From: an uncultured virus (IMG/VR IMGVR_UViG_3300001481_000036)
Lineage: Duplodnaviria > Heunggongvirae > Uroviricota > Caudoviricetes
Length of the DNA: 64,000 nt
IMG/VR virus record: IMGVR_UViG_3300001481_000036
Direction: 5' to 3' (one strand)
Positions 10,945-19,115 of this stretch are shown in pieces (within the stretch, counting starts at the first letter, position 1; every line of letters begins with the position of its first letter). A model generated the notes under the pieces. The model was not told where the DNA came from. It searched no databases and saw only the letters and a program-made list of their open reading frames with translations. Both the position numbers and the translations under genes were made by a program.

Positions 10945-10974
10945 AAGCTCCTCTTAATGAGGGGCTTTTCTTTT
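10945..10974 (+). terminator. rho-independent terminator
   Basis: AAGCTCCTC-ttaat-GAGGGGCTT followed by T-rich tail. Confidence 0.75.
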
Positions 10975-11149
10975 GCCTTAAAAAATAAAAGACTGTAAAG
11001 GTATTATGGTATAACCTTTTTAGGGGAGGTTAAATACTAGTATCATATTTATTAATATTTGTTAAATATTTTTAACTTTTTATACTTGATTTTTGTATAA
11101 AAAGTGAGTAAATTCTCTAATCAAGGAGGCGGCTTATGCCGATAGTCTT

Positions 11150-11743
11150 ATGTACTTACCTAGTCGTAAGGCTTGCCTTGAGTTGGGAGTCCATGCTAAC
11201 ACGCTGAGGAGATGGGCAGATGAAGGGAAAATTCGATACATCAGAACAGCAGGTGGTAAACGCCTCTATGACTGTTCCAGCGTCGAAGAAAATAGTAGCA
11301 CGAAAAAGAACTACTGCTACTGTCGTGTCTCCTCGTCAAAGCAAAAAGACGACCTTGAAAGACAAGTCAGTTTTATGCAGTCAAGATACCCAGACTATAC
11401 CATTCTCAAAGATGTTGGGTCTGGACTCAATTTCAAACGAAAGCAACTTATCTTCCTGCTTGAAGAATGTGCAATGGGAAGAGTCGGAGAAGTTGTCGTT
11501 GCCTACAGAGACAGACTTTGTAGATTTGGATTTGAATTGCTTGAGTGGTTCTTCTCTAAAAACTCTGTTAAACTCGTGGTTCTCGAACAACAAGAATTAT
11601 CGCCTCAACAGGAGCTTGTTGCAGACTTGCTTTCCGTTATCACAGTGTTTTCATGTAGAGTTCACGGACTCAGAAAATACCGTACAGCGGTCAAGGAAGA
11701 TAAGAGTTTATCCAAACAAGGAACAGAAGCAGATTTTGAATAA
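11150..11743 (+). CDS. tnpA: IS607 serine transposase/recombinase
   Basis: MerR-like HTH (LGVHANTLRRWADEG), YCRVSS catalytic Ser, DVGSGLNFKR, DRLCRFGF. Confidence 0.95.
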   Translation: MYLPSRKACLELGVHANTLRRWADEGKIRYIRTAGGKRLYDCSSVEENSSTKKNYCYCRVSSSKQKDDLERQVSFMQSRYPDYTILKDVGSGLNFKRKQLIFLLEECAMGRVGEVVVAYRDRLCRFGFELLEWFFSKNSVKLVVLEQQELSPQQELVADLLSVITVFSCRVHGLRKYRTAVKEDKSLSKQGTEADFE

Positions 11744-12776
11744 TTGGTTTGGTGCTTCTAGGTTTGCTTATAATAAAGCTGTAGCTTTTTTAAAGCAACC
11801 TAATACGAAAGCACAGTGGAAATCTATTAAGACTCCATTGTTGCATGAAATGCCTGAATGGTCAAAAGAAGTTCCTTATCAGATTAAATCTGTAGCAATT
11901 CGTGATTGTTGTCATGCTGTGTCTAATGCAAAAAAGAAATTCAAGCAGACTGGTAAATTTAACGAAGTCAGGTTTCGATCAAAGAAGCGCGGTGATAATA
12001 ATTTATTTATCCCACAAAGTGCAGTTTCAAAGGATGGTGTTTATTACACTATCCTAGGTAAACTTAAGACGGCAGAACCTTTGTGGAAACCTAATCATGA
12101 CTGCCGTATGTTTTTAGAGAATGGGCGTTATTTCGTCTCTATACCAAAAGATATTTTTGTAAAAAGACCTGAAAACCAAAGGCTTTCTGCATGTGCATTG
12201 GATTGTGGTGTTAGAACGTTCCAAACCGTTTTTTCTAAAGAACTTATTTTAAAAGTAGGCGAGCATGATTTCCAACGAATCTTTCGTTATTGCTATGCTT
12301 TAGACAAATTGGTTTCTCGAAAAAAGAAAGAGAAATCAAACAAGTTTAATAAAGCAATGCATAGAATCCGTTGGAGAGTCCATGATCTTATCGACGAAAT
12401 CCATAATAAGCTAGCTTTAACGTTGTGTCGAATGTTTGATGTGATTTACATACCAATATTTGAGACACGGTACATGGTTTCAAAGTTGAAGCATAAGACA
12501 TCCAGAGCAATGCTTGGGTGGGCACATTATCGCTTTAAAAAGAAACTTAAGTCTAAAGCAGAGGAGTATTCTTGTAAAGTTATTGATTGTACAGAAGAGT
12601 ACACGTCAAAGACTTGTGGGAATTGTGGAGAGATAAGTTCGATTGGTGGAAAAGAAGTTTGGACGTGCAAACACTGTGGTTGTGTACATGACAGAGATAT
12701 AAACGGAGCAAGGAATATTCTGTTAAAGCAGTTATTTCTTGCGCTGAGAGATCCCTCCACACCTTGTTTGGTGTGA
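11220..12776 (+). CDS. tnpB: IS607 TnpB RNA-guided endonuclease, pro-Fanzor/Fanzor2-like; true start uncertain
   Basis: KIRVYPNKEQ, RuvC-I ALDCGVRTF, IYIPIF (no Glu at canonical RuvC-II), TEEYTSKTCGNC, CKHC, DRDINGARNI. Confidence 0.9.
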   Translation: MKGKFDTSEQQVVNASMTVPASKKIVARKRTTATVVSPRQSKKTTLKDKSVLCSQDTQTIPFSKMLGLDSISNESNLSSCLKNVQWEESEKLSLPTETDFVDLDLNCLSGSSLKTLLNSWFSNNKNYRLNRSLLQTCFPLSQCFHVEFTDSENTVQRSRKIRVYPNKEQKQILNNWFGASRFAYNKAVAFLKQPNTKAQWKSIKTPLLHEMPEWSKEVPYQIKSVAIRDCCHAVSNAKKKFKQTGKFNEVRFRSKKRGDNNLFIPQSAVSKDGVYYTILGKLKTAEPLWKPNHDCRMFLENGRYFVSIPKDIFVKRPENQRLSACALDCGVRTFQTVFSKELILKVGEHDFQRIFRYCYALDKLVSRKKKEKSNKFNKAMHRIRWRVHDLIDEIHNKLALTLCRMFDVIYIPIFETRYMVSKLKHKTSRAMLGWAHYRFKKKLKSKAEEYSCKVIDCTEEYTSKTCGNCGEISSIGGKEVWTCKHCGCVHDRDINGARNILLKQLFLALRDPSTPCLV

Positions 12777-12826
12777 TTTAATAGTAGCTATTAGTAATAA
12801 TAGTGAATAAAAATGGATCGGCTTTT

Positions 12827-13366
12827 ATGGATAAAGAGAATGAGTTAAGTATACAGGATAAGAGACTTGTGATGCGTATGGCTGATTTATGGCCTTTACA
12901 GGATAAACTGGTAAAGGAGATACCACAGATAAATGCCATCCCCGAGTTTTCCAAAGTAACCACCTTTATTACACAAAGACCAATCTTACGGGAAGTAGCA
13001 TTCTATTACCTGTACCATAATAAGGTTATAGATTATGTTAAGGTGTTTACGGCTGAGAATATTAAAGACATTTATTTCCATGAGCATCCTGATTATAACT
13101 CCTTTTATGAAGTAGGTGTACCTATTGTGGTTATTCTGTTAGGTACGGAGATGTATAATCAGCAGATGATTACGATCCTTAATTTGTTTTCAGACAACTT
13201 TCTGTCTAATGCAAATGCTAAAGCCTTAATCTTTTGCTTTGAAGGCAGTATGCAGGAATTTAAGAATAAATATAAGAATGTCCAAGAAAGAGGCATTCTT
13301 AATACAGGTAAAACCTTTTCTTTAACCAAGACTTCTTTAAAGTCTAAGGACAAATTTGAAATGTAG
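12827..13366 (+). CDS. hypothetical protein in replication module
   Basis: ATG 12827 lies just after the IS607 right end; its original RBS is at 11022-11029. Confidence 0.55.
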   Translation: MDKENELSIQDKRLVMRMADLWPLQDKLVKEIPQINAIPEFSKVTTFITQRPILREVAFYYLYHNKVIDYVKVFTAENIKDIYFHEHPDYNSFYEVGVPIVVILLGTEMYNQQMITILNLFSDNFLSNANAKALIFCFEGSMQEFKNKYKNVQERGILNTGKTFSLTKTSLKSKDKFEM

Positions 13367-13374
13367 GAGAAAGT

Positions 13375-14346
13375 ATGAACAGAATTAACTTTTTAGAAAA
13401 CAGGGATTTCCTTATTCACTCTACGGCAAGACCTTATGTAGTAGAGCCAGACCATTTGGTTAATCTTGAAATTATGCAGGATATGACCATGCTTGTTACT
13501 ACACAGCGCCAAGAAATCTTTGTTAAAGAGACACCCTTTAAATCCTCTGTTTTACCTATATTGGGGATTACTGGTTTATTAAAGAAAAAGATGATTGATG
13601 GAGAGTCCGCTACTTTAACAGACTCTTTATTAGATTTAATCACACCCATAATGAAGCAGAATATTCAGTCCTTCATTTTCTTTTTGGACACGGACGAAAA
13701 AGAGGCAATCGCTGTCTTTGTTACACCCGTCTTTGATAAGCTCGAACCAGTAACCTTACATAATGGTTATAGTAATCTTAAACAGTTTTTATGCACTTCA
13801 TATTTCCCAGTAGAGGAAGATAAAGATTATCATGTTATAGACTTTAACCATGAGCCTAAAGATAAAATCTTTAAATTAAACTTGGCTCATAAAGATGATC
13901 AAACAAAAGAATTTTATCCTATTATTCATAATAATGCACCGATAGCATGGAAAGAGAATTGGGATCAGCGTGCGTCTATTTATGACAGGGAAAGAGATTT
14001 ATACATGACCTTACCTAGAAACTATGGTAAGGGTGGGTATAAGGTAGTGGATAAGATTATTCAGCATATAGACCACATGATTTCTAAACTGGATATTACA
14101 CAAGATTACGACAAAGAGTTTAATGAAATGCTAATGGCCAAGTTACCCAATAAGGGTATTGAATATATGATGGAAGCCTCTTTTGAGGATCATAAATTAG
14201 TAACCATCTTAGATAAAATATCATCATCTAAAGAGGATTTAAAGCCATCCGTCGTTCATGCGTTATATAAATGTTTAGGGTACATGGTAGCTCAAAAATT
14301 ACATTGCTGTCCTGAATGCAGACATCTCGACGAGGAAACACTTTAA
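13375..14346 (+). CDS. hypothetical protein
   Basis: 323-aa ORF, AGGAG RBS, C-terminal CCPEC. Confidence 0.55.
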   Translation: MNRINFLENRDFLIHSTARPYVVEPDHLVNLEIMQDMTMLVTTQRQEIFVKETPFKSSVLPILGITGLLKKKMIDGESATLTDSLLDLITPIMKQNIQSFIFFLDTDEKEAIAVFVTPVFDKLEPVTLHNGYSNLKQFLCTSYFPVEEDKDYHVIDFNHEPKDKIFKLNLAHKDDQTKEFYPIIHNNAPIAWKENWDQRASIYDRERDLYMTLPRNYGKGGYKVVDKIIQHIDHMISKLDITQDYDKEFNEMLMAKLPNKGIEYMMEASFEDHKLVTILDKISSSKEDLKPSVVHALYKCLGYMVAQKLHCCPECRHLDEETL

Positions 14347-14382
14347 AATAATCATAGAGTTATCAATCTCTTAGCCGTATAT

Positions 14383-14413
14383 ACCCCTGTCTGACCCACA
14401 GGGGTTTTCTTTT
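14383..14413 (+). terminator. rho-independent terminator
   Basis: ACCCCTGT...ACAGGGGT + T tract. Confidence 0.7.
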
Positions 14414-14436
14414 CTGCACAGGAGTGGAATATTGTT

Positions 14437-15873
14437 ATGCTGACAATAGTAAAGTCTATATTATCCTCTACTGAAGAAAGTAAAGCACTCATTATTTCTT
14501 CTATCTTAGAAGAAGCAAGTAAAGATTTAAATCCTCAAGAATTAAAAGTCTTTCAATTCCTTAAACAGGGATATGATACATTCTCTCAATTCCAAACTGA
14601 GGAATTATTTTTACAGCAGTTCCCAGAATATAGAGCTTCACTTAAAGATATAGCACCCTTAGAGCAGGAATCCTTAGATTATTATAAAAGAGAGTTTATA
14701 GAGAAGCATAAAAGAATTACCCTCTCTAAGAAACTACTTACTATGGCAACTACCATACAACAATCTGGTTTAACACCAGATATGGTAGAGTCTCTAAGAG
14801 GGGAAGTAAATAATACACAGGAAAACTTCTCTTTGCAGACCTCTAACGTTTTGGACATCTATGATGAGTCTAAGAAAAAGGGGAACTGTGGAATAAAGAC
14901 GTATATTCCAGAGATAGACCAATTAGTCGGAACAATAGAGCCCGGCACACTCACCACAATTGTTGGGTATAATAAACACGGTAAAACAACGTTTGCTTTA
15001 AACATGGCTTATAAAGCCGCTAAAGAAGGAAAGCACGTTGTTTACATTTCCCTTGAGGTGGCAGAGAAGTTTCTGCTTTATGATTTAATCTCTTTGCATT
15101 CTACGGATATGCGATTTGGTATTGACCCGATACCTAGTGATGCAATCCGTTTACTTAATTTAAGTGAACAGCAGGAAGCAAACTTTAAGAGAGTGGCAGA
15201 AGATTTTAACCAGACTATTCGACCAAACTTTGTTATCCTGACAGAAAGGAACTTTAAGGATTTTTCTTACGGGGAGATTCGAGATGTTCTGTACAGGGTA
15301 GATGAGAAAAGAAAGATTGATGCTGTATTTGTGGATCAAGCCAGTTTATTTAAGTTTTACGCTAAAGGGAATACAAATAATCTCTATGACGTAATAAATG
15401 ACTATGTTTCTTTTTTCAGAAAACTTGCTATTTGCTTTAAGGTAGAGAACGGTGTAGATAGACAGATGATTATTGTTTTGCTTGCTCAATGCAATAGATC
15501 TGGATTTATTAAGGCTCAACAGGCAGGAAAGAAAGATCCCGCTATGGAAGGGAAGTATGATGATACCGCCGTAGCAGAAGCGAATGAGCTTACTCGTTCT
15601 TGCTCTTATCTTTTAACTGTGTATTCCACAGAAGGTATGAGATTATCACATGAAGCTCGTGTTCAGCTACTTAGAAGCAGATTTGGTCAAACACATGAAG
15701 ACCCAATTACGGTCAACTTTAATCCAGAGTTTAAACAGTTCGGGGAGATGGAAGATTTAAACCAAACCTCTGTAAACAACTATTCTTCTGTTTCCTCTTT
15801 TGGTTCATTCGTGGACATTAATCCGTCTGACTTAGGATTTAATTTGGGTTCAGTGAATTTAGATGATTTGTAG
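14437..15873 (+). CDS. dnaB: replicative DnaB-like (SF4) helicase
   Basis: GYNKHGKTT Walker A, YISLE, VFVDQ, LAQCNR, RSRFG arginine-finger region. Confidence 0.85.
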   Translation: MLTIVKSILSSTEESKALIISSILEEASKDLNPQELKVFQFLKQGYDTFSQFQTEELFLQQFPEYRASLKDIAPLEQESLDYYKREFIEKHKRITLSKKLLTMATTIQQSGLTPDMVESLRGEVNNTQENFSLQTSNVLDIYDESKKKGNCGIKTYIPEIDQLVGTIEPGTLTTIVGYNKHGKTTFALNMAYKAAKEGKHVVYISLEVAEKFLLYDLISLHSTDMRFGIDPIPSDAIRLLNLSEQQEANFKRVAEDFNQTIRPNFVILTERNFKDFSYGEIRDVLYRVDEKRKIDAVFVDQASLFKFYAKGNTNNLYDVINDYVSFFRKLAICFKVENGVDRQMIIVLLAQCNRSGFIKAQQAGKKDPAMEGKYDDTAVAEANELTRSCSYLLTVYSTEGMRLSHEARVQLLRSRFGQTHEDPITVNFNPEFKQFGEMEDLNQTSVNNYSSVSSFGSFVDINPSDLGFNLGSVNLDDL

Positions 15874-16001
15874 TTCTCTAGACCTTTAGCAGTACTGTTG
15901 GTTTTAGTGCCCGATGCGGGTTATTCGGTATACCAGTTAAATTAACTTTCTTTGTCGAGGTATGTCACTTAAATGAAATGATCTTTCAAAAGACTTGTGG
16001 T

Positions 16002-16048
16002 AAAAGAACCTCATTGGCGGGATTACCCATCCAATGAGGTTCTTTTTT
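16002..16048. terminator. 16-bp perfect inverted repeat, probable bidirectional terminator
   Basis: AAAAGAACCTCATTGG (16002-16017) / CCAATGAGGTTCTTTT (16031-16046). Confidence 0.75.
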
Positions 16049-16090
16049 AAGTACACTACTAACTGTACAGATTTCTTTGACCAAAAAGTG

Positions 16091-16130
16091 ATCCACAAGC
16101 TCACATGGCTGTATCCCGTGGGTAGTTCAA
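16091..16130 (+). mobile_element. orphan IS200/IS605-type terminal hairpin remnant
   Basis: CACAAGCTCAC...CGTGGGTAGTTCAA; its reverse complement shares AACTACCCACGG with the IscB element end at 35559. Confidence 0.55.
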
Positions 16131-16204
16131 TAGGGGATGAATTTAAACACTCAAATCCCCTCACACCAATTTTACAAAAATCTTTAACCAACTTTTACGG
16201 AGAC
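16131..16204 (+). repeat. dispersed intergenic stem-loop element, copy 1
   Basis: AGGGGAT...ATCCCCTCACACCAATTTTACAAAAA...ACCAACTTTT...GGAG. Confidence 0.9.
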
Positions 16205-16209
16205 AGACT

Positions 16210-16434
16210 ATGAAGTGCTTAATTAAGGATATGTACGAAAAAGATTCAAATGGCCTTCCTTTGATCATAGCGGAAACCAATTCTTTAAAGGAAGCGAGAC
16301 TCTGGATAGAGGAGAATCGTCGGGGGTGGAAAAATTCTTGTTACGTTGTTTATGGCCGTAACTTTAAAAAGATGGCCAAGTTTTCCCAACATTTTCGAGA
16401 CTCCAAGGGTAACATGAAATGGCTGTATGACTAG
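16210..16434 (+). CDS. small hypothetical protein (between repeats 1 and 2)
   Basis: 74-aa ORF with RBS supplied by the repeat. Confidence 0.55.
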   Translation: MKCLIKDMYEKDSNGLPLIIAETNSLKEARLWIEENRRGWKNSCYVVYGRNFKKMAKFSQHFRDSKGNMKWLYD

Positions 16435-16443
16435 TCACCATTA

Positions 16444-16516
16444 AGGGGATAGAGTTAAATACTTAAATCCCCTGACGCCAATTTTACAAAAATATTTAAC
16501 CAACTTTAAAGGAGAG
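16444..16516 (+). repeat. dispersed element, copy 2
   Basis: AGGGGAT...ATCCCCTGACGCCAATTTTACAAAAA...ACCAACTTT-AAAGGAG. Confidence 0.9.
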
Positions 16517-16521
16517 ACATC

Positions 16522-17790
16522 ATGGCCAATTACACAATCCTCACTAGCATGGTTAATGACTTCAGCAAAAAGATCAATCACATTGCCAATAAGTGCTACA
16601 AACAGGGTATCCCTTACACCTTCCTTATGAGCGATCCCTATGACAAAGTGGTTGAAGATCATGAGGGTAACAGCTTTGTCATTAGTGTTACGGACATTGA
16701 ATTGGACATTCAGTTCAAATTTAACGGTTGGAAAGCTCTTGGTTTGATTCAGAGAAAAGATGGGATTACACAGTGCTATCTTAAAACACAGGAGTTGATT
16801 CAGCAGTATGGAAACACCGATTTTCATTGTGATCATTGCCACAAGCATGTACATCGTAATTCTGTCATTGTCCTTGAGCATGACAATGGCGAGCGTAAAG
16901 TAGTGGGAACATCTTGTGTTAAAGAGTTCACGTGTGGTTTGGACGGAAACCTGATTGCTCAGTTTAATGAATTTGAGGTTATTTTAGCCAAACGTAATAG
17001 CGAATTGCAGATTCTTTTGCAGGGCGAATCTCTGGATGATCTCCCTGTGAGTGTTTTCTGTGAGCAGAATGGTAGTCCCATTTATAATGTAGAGAGGGTT
17101 GTTTCCAGTGCCGTCCGTATAATCAATGCTTATGGTTTTGAACCTTCAAATAGTCTTAATGCTACATGGAAATACATCCATGATACTTATAAAGAGACAC
17201 ATGAGAGTGAGCCTGAAGCTGTTAGGGCTATTGAGTGGATTAAGTCTCTGTCTAATGACGACTTCACAAAGTCCTCTTACCTGTTCAATCTTAGACAGAT
17301 TATTGATGCTGATTATTGCACACCCCGTCATTTCGGTTTGTTGGCGTCTTTAATCCCTTCGTTCCGTAAAGAGGAAGCTAAGAGATTGCAGGCTGAACGT
17401 GCTTCTGTTAGTAACCATGTTGGTAACATTGGTGACAGACTTTCTCTCACACTCACTTATACCAAGTCCATCTCTTATGATTCCCAGTTTGGTGGTGGTT
17501 ATTTCCACTTTTTCTCTGATGCTGATGGCAATGTGTTTAAGTGGTCAACGAATAAAGGTATGTGTTTCCGTATGAATAACCGTACATACAGTCTTGAACA
17601 AGGTGCTACGGTTAAGCTGACAGGAACGATTAAAGACCATGATGATTACCGTGGTATGAAACAGACTATAATCACTCGTTGCAAGTATGAAGTGCTTACT
17701 TCGACGGTTCGTGATGATGCTGAACAAGAGACATCTGACAATAATTCCAGTAGTACAGACCTAGATTCTTTGATGCTTTATTGGGCATAA
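16522..17790 (+). CDS. phage protein with Zn-binding motif and C-terminal OB-fold-like domain
   Basis: CDHC...R...VGTSC; C-terminal HVGNIGDR...VFKW...LTGTIKDH...QT.ITRC pattern. Confidence 0.6.
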   Translation: MANYTILTSMVNDFSKKINHIANKCYKQGIPYTFLMSDPYDKVVEDHEGNSFVISVTDIELDIQFKFNGWKALGLIQRKDGITQCYLKTQELIQQYGNTDFHCDHCHKHVHRNSVIVLEHDNGERKVVGTSCVKEFTCGLDGNLIAQFNEFEVILAKRNSELQILLQGESLDDLPVSVFCEQNGSPIYNVERVVSSAVRIINAYGFEPSNSLNATWKYIHDTYKETHESEPEAVRAIEWIKSLSNDDFTKSSYLFNLRQIIDADYCTPRHFGLLASLIPSFRKEEAKRLQAERASVSNHVGNIGDRLSLTLTYTKSISYDSQFGGGYFHFFSDADGNVFKWSTNKGMCFRMNNRTYSLEQGATVKLTGTIKDHDDYRGMKQTIITRCKYEVLTSTVRDDAEQETSDNNSSSTDLDSLMLYWA

Positions 17791-17796
17791 CCCTAA

Positions 17797-17850
17797 TAGG
17801 GATTAGAGTTAAATACTTTAATCCCTCACACCAACTTTACAAAAATCTTT
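17797..17850 (+). repeat. dispersed element, copy 3
   Basis: TAGGGATT...AATCCCTCACACCAACTTTACAAAAA. Confidence 0.9.
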
Positions 17851-17881
17851 CCCTAATGGGGGATGTTTCGGAGACTGAATT

Positions 17882-18178
17882 ATGGAACACAACACAAATT
17901 ATTATGGTGGCGAGATTATTAACCTTATCCATAGCACTCTTGGTCATTCCTACTCTATGAATAGAGGGTGGACATACATTTGGGTTATTGGTGATAAAAT
18001 AGTGTTTTGTGACTTGAAAGAGAATAATTATGGTGGATGTTTAGAGGTGCATGAGGATGGCCAGTTTAAAGACCAGTTTGACTACAATGGGATTTTGGTT
18101 GAGGGTGATACCGATTTCACTTTTCCAGAATCACAGAAACAAAGGATTGTGTCTTTCTTAAATCGGTATAAAGGTTAA
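17882..18178 (+). CDS. hypothetical protein (between repeats 3 and 4)
   Basis: 98-aa ORF. Confidence 0.55.
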   Translation: MEHNTNYYGGEIINLIHSTLGHSYSMNRGWTYIWVIGDKIVFCDLKENNYGGCLEVHEDGQFKDQFDYNGILVEGDTDFTFPESQKQRIVSFLNRYKG

Positions 18179-18184
18179 ACCTAA

Positions 18185-18259
18185 TAGGGGATGAAAAACT
18201 TAAATCAAATCCCCTGAGACCAATTTTACAAAAATATTTGACCAACTTTTAGAGGAGAC
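18185..18259 (+). repeat. dispersed element, copy 4
   Basis: TAGGGGAT...ATCCCCTGAGACCAATTTTACAAAAA...ACCAACTTTT-AGAGGAG. Confidence 0.9.
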
Positions 18260-18265
18260 TGTGTT

Positions 18266-18589
18266 ATGGCATACATTGAAGATCTTTATGATTGGGTTTG
18301 TGAGGCACGTAAACAAATAGAGCAAAGGTTCTCCACCAGTTGTTTGCATGTTAGAAACTTGGATATTTCATCTAATGATTTTTATGTGCTTTCTTTTGTG
18401 GACTCCTCTTACATTTATAAGGTGGAAATATTGGCACAGCCTTTTGTTCCATCTTTGGGAGATCCCATAGATGAGATTAGATCTATTTATATTACTCGTA
18501 TTGATATGGATAATGAAACCTTCGATAAGGTAGTGTTTGATAATTGGGAGACTTCCATTGAGGATGCTCTCAATTACTTAGCCTCTTAG
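18266..18589 (+). CDS. hypothetical protein
   Basis: 107-aa acidic ORF, GAGGAG RBS. Confidence 0.55.
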   Translation: MAYIEDLYDWVCEARKQIEQRFSTSCLHVRNLDISSNDFYVLSFVDSSYIYKVEILAQPFVPSLGDPIDEIRSIYITRIDMDNETFDKVVFDNWETSIEDALNYLAS

Positions 18590-18599
18590 GGGGTGTGCT

Positions 18600-19052
18600 A
18601 TGGGTTTTGTAGTTGATTTAACAGGACAGAGATTTGGTAAACTTACTGTCTTAGAGCGGGCAGAGGATAGAGTAACCAAGTCTGGTAAAAAACTCGTGGC
18701 ATGGTTGTGCAAATGCGACTGTGGTAAAAAATGTGTGATTAAGTCAACCAACCTTAAAAGTGGGAATACCAAATCTTGCGGGTGTATAGCCCGCAAGATC
18801 AGACGAACAAAGCGTGATACACCCAATAAAAATGCAGAGGACTTTATAGGTAAACGGTTTGGTGTTTTAACCATAGAGAAAGAGATTAAGCCTTATCGTT
18901 CCCCTAAAGGGGATAAGCACCGTCGTTTCCGATGTAAGTGTTATTGCGGGAAATATAAGGATGTCCGCATAGATGAGCTGACTAATGGATCTGTTGTGTC
19001 TTGCGGTTGCTTATCTGCGAGGGATCTAGATAAGCTAAGAACCATTTTATAG
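18600..19052 (+). CDS. tandem Zn-binding repeat protein of the type found N-terminal to phage HNH/AP2 proteins
   Basis: two copies of DLxGxRFGxLT...CxCxCG...L..G...SCGC; no HNH domain follows. Confidence 0.7.
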   Translation: MGFVVDLTGQRFGKLTVLERAEDRVTKSGKKLVAWLCKCDCGKKCVIKSTNLKSGNTKSCGCIARKIRRTKRDTPNKNAEDFIGKRFGVLTIEKEIKPYRSPKGDKHRRFRCKCYCGKYKDVRIDELTNGSVVSCGCLSARDLDKLRTIL

Positions 19053-19109
19053 GGATAGGAAATAAATCAAATTTCCCCTGAGACCAATTTTACAAAAATT
19101 TCAAAGGAG
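19050..19109 (+). repeat. dispersed element, copy 5
   Basis: TAGGGATAGG...TTTCCCCTGAGACCAATTTTACAAAAA...AAGGAG. Confidence 0.88.
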
Positions 19110-19115
19110 TAAAGA

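Larger units (their letters stand above)
11028..12821 (+). mobile_element. IS607-family insertion sequence (tnpA + tnpB)
   Basis: serine transposase plus TnpB; inferred ends at GG dinucleotides (11028-29, 12820-21); removal restores AGGGGAGG-ctttt-ATG; AT-rich ATATTT repeats in the left end. Confidence 0.85.

Noticed and set aside
11030..11149. IStron (group I intron fused to IS607)
   Set aside because: The left end is only ~120 nt of AT-rich sequence with no room for a group I core, and the insertion is in an RBS rather than a coding sequence.
16131..19115. CRISPR array interpretation of the repeats
   Set aside because: Spacing is irregular (0.3-1.35 kb), intervals are complete genes, repeats are degenerate and no cas genes are present.
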